The translations under genes and the position numbers were made by a program. A DNA stretch of 64,000 nucleotides, from assembly GCA_030447385.1 (NCBI GenBank), contig JAUJOY010000003.1, forward strand, positions 144,292 through 208,291. The letters are read 5' to 3'. The notes beneath the pieces are model-generated. The model was not told the DNA's origin and did no database searches. It saw only the letters and a list, made by a program, of their open reading frames with translations. The DNA comes from Mycobacteriales bacterium (GTDB taxonomy: Bacteria; Actinomycetota; Actinomycetes; Mycobacteriales; SCTD01). Of this stretch, positions 1 to 7,125 are shown piece by piece (the first letter of the stretch is position 1; each line of letters begins with the position of its first letter).

Positions 1-41
1 CGACGGGTTGTGGGAGCTGCTCGACTCGCTGTCCTGACGGC

Positions 42-1012
42 TCAGATGTCAGGCTGGCAGGAGCCGCGCCCCAGCGCGGCGAGGCCAGCCCGGTCGCCGG
101 CCTGATAGTCCACGATCTTCCCGCTTCCGCGCGGAGCCATGATCTGCGCCGGGTCGTCCACATGTGCGAGGCCGACGAGGTGGCCCAGCTCGTGGAGCAG
201 CACGGCTCGGGCGGCTGGCTCGCCGGCCGTCCGGCGGATCTCCTGGATCTTGCGTGGGTCGAGGTAGACCACACCGGAGACGTAGGTGACGTCACCGCTC
301 GGCGTGCGCGCCCCGCTGGGTCCGGCCTCGCCCGCGATGTCCACCCCGAAGTCCGGGACCTCGGCGCGGGTCGCCCAGGCGATGAGCACCGGTGCCCACC
401 GGTCGCCGTAGCGGTCCTTCTGGTAGCTGGAGCGGTCCTCGGACGGCGCCTCGGTAGTCGCGCCGTCGTTGACGAGCTGCAGCCCGGTCGCGAGAGACAG
501 CCGGGCTGCGGCGTCCAGGATCATCGCCTGGCCGCCGGCAGGCGCGTTGTCCGGCCGGATGACGTAGTGGAGGGGGCGGCAGGGTGACCAGGTGGTGGGT
601 CTGCGGCTGGCCCGTCGTGGCGCAGAAAGCGAAAGCCGTGCCCTTCCGGCACCGAAGCGAGCTCCGGTGCAGCGCCCAGGGGCTGCTTGGCCTCCTCGAG
701 GCCTGGCGGAGGACCGGTGGGCTCCGGCGCGACGCCCTGACCGGGAAGTGCCAGCTCACCTCGACTCGACTGCCCGTAGAGGGTCACCCCGGCCAGGACG
801 GCCGCCAGGGTGAGGCCGGTGACCAGCCCGAGCCGCGAGCGCTTCCTGCGGGGTGGTGCCGACGGCGCCTCCAGCAGCGAGGTCGTGGCCCCGCGGAAGG
901 GCACGGGGGCCACGGGTATGCCCAGAGCCTCGTCCAGCACCCACTGCGGCACCCGACCCGTGGGTGAGCTGCGCAGCCCGCTCGGTCCTGGTTGCTGCTC
1001 CCGCTTCGTCAC
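42..1012 (-). pseudogene. Matrixin-like zinc metalloprotease with N-terminal membrane anchor; the coding frame appears interrupted near 595-640
   Basis: ORF 42..524 carries the zincin motif HELGHLVGLAH. Its frame stays open upstream (reads ...PTTWSPCRPLHYVIRPDNAPAGGQAM...) but has no start codon there. ORF 521..1012, in another frame, supplies a plausible N-terminus: a basic stretch, a hydrophobic helix LGLVTGLTLAAVLAGVTLY, then ...GHGFRFLRHDG, before turning into P/R/S-rich text. Together they make ~323 codons. Confidence 0.5.
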
Positions 1013-1073
1013 CCCGCCCCCTCGTCGCGGGGCAACCTATCCTCCGCCTTCCGGATCGTCCGGCTGATGGGAA

Positions 1074-2021
1074 ATGTCACCTTCTGCCGATGCGGCGGTC
1101 ACACCTCGTAGGCTGGGCCGTGTGCCTGAGCTGAAGCGGGTGCCGGCAAACGGCATCGAGATCGCGTACGAGACCTTCGGCTCCCGAGGCGATCCCCCGA
1201 TCGTGATGGTCATGGGGCTGGGCACGCAGATGATCGCGTGGCCCGACGAGCTGTGTGAGGACCTGGTCGAGCGCGGTTTCTACGTGGTGCGCTTCGACAA
1301 CCGCGATGTGGGGGCAAGCACGCATCTGGACGGTGTCCGCGCCCCGCACGTGGCGGAGGTCCTGTCGCGGCGCCGTCGCCCCGCGTACACGATCGAGGAC
1401 ATGGCCGAGGACGCCCTCGGCCTGATCGACGCGCTCGAGGTGGGGCCGGTGCACCTCGTGGGCGCGTCGATGGGCGGCTTCATCGCGCAGACCGCTGCGG
1501 TGCGCCGGCCGGACCGGCTGCGCAGCCTCACGCTGATCATGACGTCCACGGGATCACGTCGCGTGGGTCAGGCCGATCCCCGGCTGTTCAGCCGGCTGCT
1601 CAAGGGGCGGGTGGCGGGCAGCCGCGAGGAGGCGATGGACGCGGTGGTGGAGACGTTCCGGATCATCGGCTCGAAGGGGTTCGCCTTCGACGAGGCGCGG
1701 CTGCGCGACGTCGGCTCGCGCAGCTACGAGCGCAGCCACGACCCGGCGGGCTACTTCCGGCAGCTCGCGGCAGTCGTCGGGCAACCCAACCGGACCGCCG
1801 CGCTCGCGCGGCTGGACCTGCCGACACTGATCATGCACGGGCTGCAGGACCCGCTGGTCGCGCCCAGCGGAGGGCTGGCGCTCGCCCGGGCGATCCGCGG
1901 CTCGCGCTTCGTCGGCTTCTCCGGGATGGGGCACGACCTGCCGCGCGAGCTGTGGCCGGAGTTCGCCGACCACATTGCGGCATCAGCCCGCCGCGCGGAC
2001 CGGGCTGCGCTTCCGGTCTGA
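1074..2021 (+). CDS. Alpha/beta-fold hydrolase
   Basis: 315 aa. It has the nucleophile elbow GASMGGFIAQ, an IVMVMGLG oxyanion-region motif and a C-terminal GMGHDLP (catalytic His region). The start could instead be the downstream GTG. Confidence 0.85.
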   Translation: MSPSADAAVTPRRLGRVPELKRVPANGIEIAYETFGSRGDPPIVMVMGLGTQMIAWPDELCEDLVERGFYVVRFDNRDVGASTHLDGVRAPHVAEVLSRRRRPAYTIEDMAEDALGLIDALEVGPVHLVGASMGGFIAQTAAVRRPDRLRSLTLIMTSTGSRRVGQADPRLFSRLLKGRVAGSREEAMDAVVETFRIIGSKGFAFDEARLRDVGSRSYERSHDPAGYFRQLAAVVGQPNRTAALARLDLPTLIMHGLQDPLVAPSGGLALARAIRGSRFVGFSGMGHDLPRELWPEFADHIAASARRADRAALPV

Positions 2022-2070
2022 CGCTGCGGAGGGGCGTGTCCACGCGCACCTTGCGCCCGGAAGAGCGACA

Positions 2071-2094
2071 GGAAGCGGCGCGGCTGCAGGCTTG
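2071..2094. terminator. GC-rich hairpin between the convergent hydrolase and grdA genes (candidate bidirectional terminator)
   Basis: CGGCTGCAG-gcttgg-CTGCAGCCG, a 9-bp perfect stem with a 6-nt loop, lying in the 88-nt gap between two stop codons. There is no clear U-tract. Confidence 0.4.
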
Positions 2095-2109
2095 GCTGCA
2101 GCCGGCCGC

Positions 2110-2559
2110 TCAGGCCTGCATCGAGCGCACGGCGGCCGTCAAGGCCTCGGCGTCGAGCACGTCGGCCATCAGCCCGATCTGCTCTTCCCAGACGTCGTCC
2201 GGCACCTCAGCCTTCACGGCGTCGTCAAGCACGTGGTACACCTCGAGGCCCAACTGGACCCCTGCCAAGGCACCTGCATAAGCCGGATCCCCCTTGATCA
2301 CCGTCTCGGCTGAGATCTCGGCGGCCTCCGGATCGGGGGCCCCGAGCAGCACGACCAGTGCACTGGGGTCGTTGGCTTTAGTGAGCCGGAGGATGGCCTC
2401 CTGGCTCTGCAGGTCCATGGCTCCTGACGCCGTTCAAACGAAGCACTCGGTGGCCATGAAGGCCACCTCGGCTCCGGCCGCCTTGGCGCAGGCCGCGATG
2501 GCCGTCCCCGAGATGCCGTCACGCTCTCCGAGAGCGATGACCTTCCGGTCCTGGAGCAT
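2110..2559 (-). CDS. grdA: Glycine/sarcosine/betaine reductase complex selenoprotein A (GrdA); in-frame TGA at 2434..2436 read as selenocysteine
   Basis: ATG at 2559 is preceded by GGAAGGAGG. The translation is [61 protein letters not shown]...[23 protein letters not shown]... The CFV-U-TA(A/S)GAMDL core and the AGxLAGVxLGLxVYH block match GrdA as I remember it. The ORF track only shows the part after the TGA (2110..2418). Confidence 0.88.
2386..2424 (-). promoter_or_regulatory. Candidate SECIS-type stem-loop downstream of the grdA UGA
   Basis: Starting 9 nt after the TGA: GGAG-CC-AUGG ... CCAU-C-CUCC (long-range stem). An alternative local hairpin is CC(A)GGAGG-ccau-CCUCCGG. Hand-folded only. 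Confidence 0.35.
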
Positions 2560-2562
2560 GGG

Positions 2563-2904
2563 CTAACTCACCTCCTTCCGCTGCTCGTCCAGCCACGTGT
2601 TCAGTCCTTCCGGCGACAGCGAAGGGTCGGAGAGCCGACCTACTTCCTCACCGTCACGGAACAACAAGAAGGCGGGGAGGCCCATGATGCCGAGCTCCAT
2701 GCACAGCCGACGGGCCTTGGGCGCTTCTACCTTGATCACCCTCATGTCGCCGGCGTACTTCTCGGCGAGAGCCTCGACGTGGGGGAGGAGCACCTTGCAG
2801 GGCTGACACTGGGGTCCCCACACGTCGACGAGCACGGTGCCTTCGGAGACCAGGTCGCGAAAGTCGCTTCCCGTCGCGTCCACAATGCCGGCGGAGCCGG
2901 TCAT
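2563..2904 (-). CDS. Thioredoxin-family protein (CQPC active site) embedded in the grd operon
   Basis: MTGSAGIVDATGSDFRDLV...VLVDVWGPQCQPCKVL...; 113 aa. Its ATG overlaps the grdC stop (ATGA at 2901..2904) and its stop lies 3 nt before the grdA ATG. The longer ORF-track version (to 3051) is an R/P/G-rich extension overlapping grdC. Confidence 0.85.
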   Translation of the reverse strand: MTGSAGIVDATGSDFRDLVSEGTVLVDVWGPQCQPCKVLLPHVEALAEKYAGDMRVIKVEAPKARRLCMELGIMGLPAFLLFRDGEEVGRLSDPSLSPEGLNTWLDEQRKEVS

Positions 2905-4325
2905 GCCGACACCTGATTCCGTTCCAGCATCACGCTCATCCCATCCGACAACTGGCACATCCTGCCGAGGAACAGGCTGCCCTTGGCGATCAGCATTACC
3001 CGGTCTGCCGACCCGGCCGTCAGCCGGTCCAGCGCGTGCGGAACGTAGCACAGCGACGAGGCCAGATGACCTTGCGTCGGGCTGTAGCCGGGCATCCCGC
3101 GTTCGGCGACGAAGGCGGCGATGTCGTCCTTGGCGATGTCCCCTCTGCGGGCGGCGAGGGCCGCGATCGTGCGGTAGTTCCGCTCCGGGACGTTGCCGCT
3201 GCCCTGGGGCTCGGTCAGCTCAGGGTTGTGCAGCTCCGTGGCGTAGTCGTCGACGGCCGTCATCGGCATGCCCAGGCCCGCCAGGGGCTTCACCACCAGC
3301 GCCTCCATCACCTGCGGATTGGAGCCGCCTGCGGACACCGGATGCCTGCCGACGCTGTCCAGCCGGACGCGGGGGGAGGAGCCGTCGTCGGCCTCGACGA
3401 TCATCGCCGTCCCACCGAGCAGATCTTCCAGCACGGGCATGTTGTTCTTCAGATGCCCCTGGAACTTCATCCCGAGCTTGGCCATGGAACCCCCGGCGAC
3501 GACCGCCACCCGGCCGAAGACCCCGGCCGACACGAGGCTGGCGGCGATGACCATCGCGGGAACGGGCGCGGCGCAGAAGTTCTTGACGTCGGCTCCCGAC
3601 GCCTGGCTGAGCCCGGCTGCGGCCGCGACGGCCTTGGCCATGTTGCCGCCGCCTCGCTGGTATCGGTCGCCGATGGCTTCCTCGCCGCAGCCAAGGACGT
3701 AGTCGACGGACGCCGGGTCGATGCCGGCGCTCTCGAGCAGGTGCAGCAGCGCTAACGTGGCAGTCGCCTTGGCCGCCAGATTGTCCAGCAGTACGTGGGC
3801 GCCGAGCGCCTCGTCGTCCACGTCTCCGCACCGGAAGGCGGCGCCGCCGCCGATCACGCTCAGGGCACCGGGCTCGGCCGCCGCCGCGTCCACGTCACCG
3901 CCGGCGCGCTCCACCCGTTCGAGGTCCAGCCGCTTGGCGAGCGGGTGGCGAGCCAGGTCAGCGGCGGCGCGCGCGACCGCGTCGTCGGAGAGGGTGAGCA
4001 GGTTGAAGTCGTCAACGCCCGCCAAAAGCCCGAGGAACTCCGCTTCCGGCATGATCTCGCCCGAGCGGCTCCAGCGGGAAGCACCCTCGGCTGCGGCGTC
4101 ACCCCACCAGGGACGGACCGGCAGGTCGCGCGGGTGCAGCGCGTTCACGTAGGCCTGGTTGGCGGGATAGGCGACCGCATCATCGAAGCTGCGCAACGCC
4201 GAGGTGAACTGGGCCGCCACCTCGTCGGACTTGGCCAGCTCCCGGCGGGGCTTGGAGCCATGCCGAGCCAAGGAGGGCACGTGGGCCAGCACCTGGCTGC
4301 TGCCCGAGATCACCACCTTAGGCAT
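2901..4325 (-). CDS. grdC: Glycine reductase complex protein C, beta subunit (GrdC, thiolase/KAS-like)
   Basis: MPKVVISGSSQVLAHVP..., ...FDDAVAYPANQAYV..., GCGEEAIGDRYQRGGGNMAKAVA, VKNFCAAPVPAM (acyl-Cys region), ...KGSLFLGRMCQLSDGMSVMLERN. These blocks match GrdC as I recall it. The start overlaps the grdB stop by 8 nt. Confidence 0.85.
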   Translation of the reverse strand: MPKVVISGSSQVLAHVPSLARHGSKPRRELAKSDEVAAQFTSALRSFDDAVAYPANQAYVNALHPRDLPVRPWWGDAAAEGASRWSRSGEIMPEAEFLGLLAGVDDFNLLTLSDDAVARAAADLARHPLAKRLDLERVERAGGDVDAAAAEPGALSVIGGGAAFRCGDVDDEALGAHVLLDNLAAKATATLALLHLLESAGIDPASVDYVLGCGEEAIGDRYQRGGGNMAKAVAAAAGLSQASGADVKNFCAAPVPAMVIAASLVSAGVFGRVAVVAGGSMAKLGMKFQGHLKNNMPVLEDLLGGTAMIVEADDGSSPRVRLDSVGRHPVSAGGSNPQVMEALVVKPLAGLGMPMTAVDDYATELHNPELTEPQGSGNVPERNYRTIAALAARRGDIAKDDIAAFVAERGMPGYSPTQGHLASSLCYVPHALDRLTAGSADRVMLIAKGSLFLGRMCQLSDGMSVMLERNQVSA

Positions 4326-5664
4326 GGTCCGCCCCTGCGGCTGCGGCCACCGGCATCTTCGGCGGCGTGGAGGAACGAGCCTGGCCGGCCTCGAAGACCG
4401 TGGGCTCGTCCACCGCGGTCTGCAGCGCCTCGAGGGCACAGTCGACGAGCTGGCGGCGCCACCGCTTCTCCGCGTCCGCGTCGAGCGAGGGGTCTCCCGT
4501 GGGATACGGGATGCCCCGGGTGCGCACGATGCGGGGCGCCCCCACCCGCTCGGCGATCGACACCAGATTGCAGAGCAGCGCCGTGGGGATCCCGGCCCGC
4601 TCCAACTCCTTCGCTAGCGTTGACCCGCAACGCGTTCCCGTACCTCAAGTGGCGGTCAGGATCGCGGCCCGCGCGCCGGAGCGGCGCAGGTCGGCGGCCC
4701 ACTCGACGCCGAAGCGGCGGGCATTGGCCACCGAGGTGCCGTTACCCGTGGTGACGAAGTACTCCCCGAGCAGCCCGCCGATCGCTCCCTCGGCCTCGAG
4801 CTCGCGCGCCGCGTCGAGGGGCAGGATGCGGTGAGGGTCCTCGTTCGCCCAGGCCGTCGAGAAGCCGCCGTGCACCGACATGTAGTCCCCAGGCGCCAGG
4901 GCGTCGCGGTCCTCGAGGGGGTAGCGGAGCCACTTCGTGGCACGGGCGGACTCGAGGCCGTCGGGGTTGTCGGCGACGACCAGCCCGCCTTCGGAAACGA
5001 GGGCGAGCATCACCGTGGAGGCGTCCGCAACCGGCGCCGCCGGCGTGACCCGGTCGAAGCGGGGCAGGGGGATCTCGGTCGCGGCCGCATCGCCGCCGAG
5101 CCGGGCAAGTGCCAGGTCGACGGCGCGCGTTGCCGCGTTGTCGTCGGTCACGACCGTCAGTCGCGCCGCTGCGCCGATGCGCCCGTCCTCGGCGGTCAGC
5201 GTCTCGCCGGCGAGCAGGCGCCGGATGCCGGCGGCCAGACGCTCGAGGGAGGGGGCCATCCTCCGGGCCACCTCCCCGCTGGCCACCACGGGCGCCGCGC
5301 CGGCCTCGTCCAGCCCAGGGTTGTCCTCGTGCATCGAGGCCACACTGGCCACGCCTGCCTGGTGGGCAGCGGCCACTACCCGGGCGCAGGCCAGGCCGTA
5401 GCGGCCGCTGGTGAACGCCGGACCTGCGACCACCAGGTCCGGGTCGGCCGAGCGCACCAGGCCGACGATCTCGTCGACCTTGTCCGCCGCCACGTCGTCC
5501 CCGCACCACACGGTGGCCACGATCTCGTGCTCGGGCGCCACCAGCTCGGCCAGACGCCGGCCGGGGCCTGAGGGACCGTCGAGCAGGAGCGGCCCGGTTC
5601 CCGCGGAATCCTCACCACCGACGCCGGCGAAGAACTGGTTGATGTAGTGCACGATCCTGGCCAT
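4318..5664 (-). CDS. grdB: Substrate-specific selenoprotein B subunit of a Grd-type reductase (GrdB/GrdF/GrdH family); in-frame TGA at 4645..4647 read as selenocysteine
   Basis: GGAGG lies 8 nt upstream of the ATG at 5664. The N-terminus is MARIVHYINQFFAGVGGED (typical GrdB). ORF 4645..5679 ends ...ARAAILTAT-TGA, and the same frame continues GTGTRCGSTLAKELERAGIPTALLCNLVSIAERVGAPRIV...GDPSLDADAEKRWRRQLV... (ORF 4318..4605). The TGA sits in the conserved (S/A)T-U-GT.TRCG motif. Confidence 0.88.
4617..4633 (-). promoter_or_regulatory. Candidate bacterial SECIS hairpin for the grdB UGA
   Basis: On the coding strand, 11 nt after the TGA: GCGUUG-cgggu-CAACGC. This is a 6-bp perfect stem with a 5-nt G/U-containing loop, and the spacing matches that of the E. 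coli fdhF-type element. Confidence 0.5.
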
Positions 5665-5714
5665 GACGGACACCTCCAACAGCGATCCAGGCCCATCAGG
5701 CCGAAGGGTAAACC

Positions 5715-6968
5715 TCAGCCGGAGCGGGCGGCAATGCGGCCCCAGCCGAGCGGACTGAGAGCGCAGTAGACCACGGCAGTGGGCACCTCGAACGATGCCG
5801 CCGCCGGCGCCTTCACCAGGGCGAACTGCTCCCCGCCGTACGCCTTCTCCATCTCCGGCAGGTGCAGGACATGGTCGTAGTTGCCCGTGCTGACCATCGC
5901 CGTGGCCCGCTCGGGTGCCACGACCACCGAGGGGCCGGTGCCATCGACGCCGGCCATCTCGGCGTAGAGGCCGACGGGTTGGATGCCGAGGTCGACGAGC
6001 GCGTCCATCTTCAAGGCCACGTCGGCGTCGGCGTTACCGCCGCCCTCCTTGGTGACGATGGCGGCGTCGAAGCCGGCGGCGGCACACACCTTCGCGGCGA
6101 ACAGGGAGATCAGCTCCTTGGCGCCCTGCTCGACGGGCTCCGGACAGATGACCAGGCCCGCGAACTCCACGTCGTTGCCGTGCCGGCGCCGCAGCTCATC
6201 GACGACCGGATGGTTCTGGTGCATGAAGGTCGGGTTCTTCAGGGCCGGGTGGCCGAACTGCCCACTCACCACTGCACCGTCGTCGAGCTCACCGGGATCG
6301 AGCAGGGTGGGCAAGCCGGCGCCGAAGCTGCGCCCGTAGACGAAGACGTCCTTGAACGAGCCCTGGGTCTGCAGGTTGGTGACGACGCCGATCCGGGGCA
6401 GGTCCCCGCCCCTGGCCCCGGCTGAGGGCGAGGGAAGCTCTTCGACGGCGTCAGGGGCCGCGTCCAGGGACGCCTCTGCCAGTGCGGCCGCCAGCCGAAG
6501 CGCGCCGCGGCGCAGCGCCGCGTCCACCCGTTCCCACTGTGCTCCCTGCGCGGGGGTGAACTCGACGACCAGGTTGTGCGTCGCGCCCAGCGGCGACAGC
6601 GCCGCCGCCGGCCCGCTGAGGTCGACCAGCGCCTCTTGAGCCCGCGGCAGGAACCCTGCCGTGACCACGGTGGCGCCTCGCAACACGTGCGTCTCGCCGC
6701 TGCCCTGCGGGCGGGCGGGACCGACGAAGCCGGGAAAGATGCCACCCCCGCCGGGCCCCTTGCTCCGTGGCTCGACGGCGTCGAGGACCTTGACGATGCG
6801 GGCGCTCTGGCCGGGCGAGACCCACGAGAGCTCCACGGCGGCCAGTGCCTCGTCGGCCAGCAGACCGCGGGCCTGCTCGGCCGAGACGGTCAGCACCCCG
6901 TCGGCGAAGCTCGTCCGCTGTCCGAAGCCGACCTCCCGGACCTGATGCACCAGCCTGGTGAGCGCCAC
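5715..6968 (-). CDS. grdE: GrdE/GrdG/GrdI-family subunit of Grd-type reductase protein B (possibly the unprocessed, GrdI-like type)
   Basis: ...ARIVKVLDAVEPRSKGPGGGGIFPGFVGPARPQGSGETHVLRGATVVTAG... and ...HQNHPVVDELRRRHGNDVEFAGLVI... match GrdE blocks. The GTG at 6968 gives an N-terminus (V)ALTRLVHQVREVGFG that is colinear with clostridial MRLE.G.IFIKD.QFG. An alternative ATG lies at 7001. Confidence 0.8.
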   Translation of the reverse strand: MALTRLVHQVREVGFGQRTSFADGVLTVSAEQARGLLADEALAAVELSWVSPGQSARIVKVLDAVEPRSKGPGGGGIFPGFVGPARPQGSGETHVLRGATVVTAGFLPRAQEALVDLSGPAAALSPLGATHNLVVEFTPAQGAQWERVDAALRRGALRLAAALAEASLDAAPDAVEELPSPSAGARGGDLPRIGVVTNLQTQGSFKDVFVYGRSFGAGLPTLLDPGELDDGAVVSGQFGHPALKNPTFMHQNHPVVDELRRRHGNDVEFAGLVICPEPVEQGAKELISLFAAKVCAAAGFDAAIVTKEGGGNADADVALKMDALVDLGIQPVGLYAEMAGVDGTGPSVVVAPERATAMVSTGNYDHVLHLPEMEKAYGGEQFALVKAPAAASFEVPTAVVYCALSPLGWGRIAARSG

Positions 6969-7125
6969 GTGCGCATACTGCCACCCCGGCCCGGGTGGCA
7001 TGGTTCTCGTCGTCCCTGTCCGGTCCCTCGCTCCCCCTGGGCCACGTGCGTCACCCGAGCTCGTGACCGGTCGCCGATGACTTTCCGTACACCGTCCGGT
7101 CATAGTGTCCAACCGGGAGGAAGCC

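Noticed and set aside
2905-3051. Longer version of the thioredoxin ORF starting at 3051.
   Set aside because: The extra 49 codons overlap the conserved C-terminus of grdC and are R/G/P-rich. The ATG at 2904 gives a normal-length thioredoxin and an ATGA coupling overlap.
6969-7125. Possible glycine riboswitch or other leader RNA upstream of the grd operon.
   Set aside because: The leader is at most ~100-150 nt and is shared with a divergent promoter, which is too short for a tandem glycine riboswitch. I could not recognise its conserved cores by eye.
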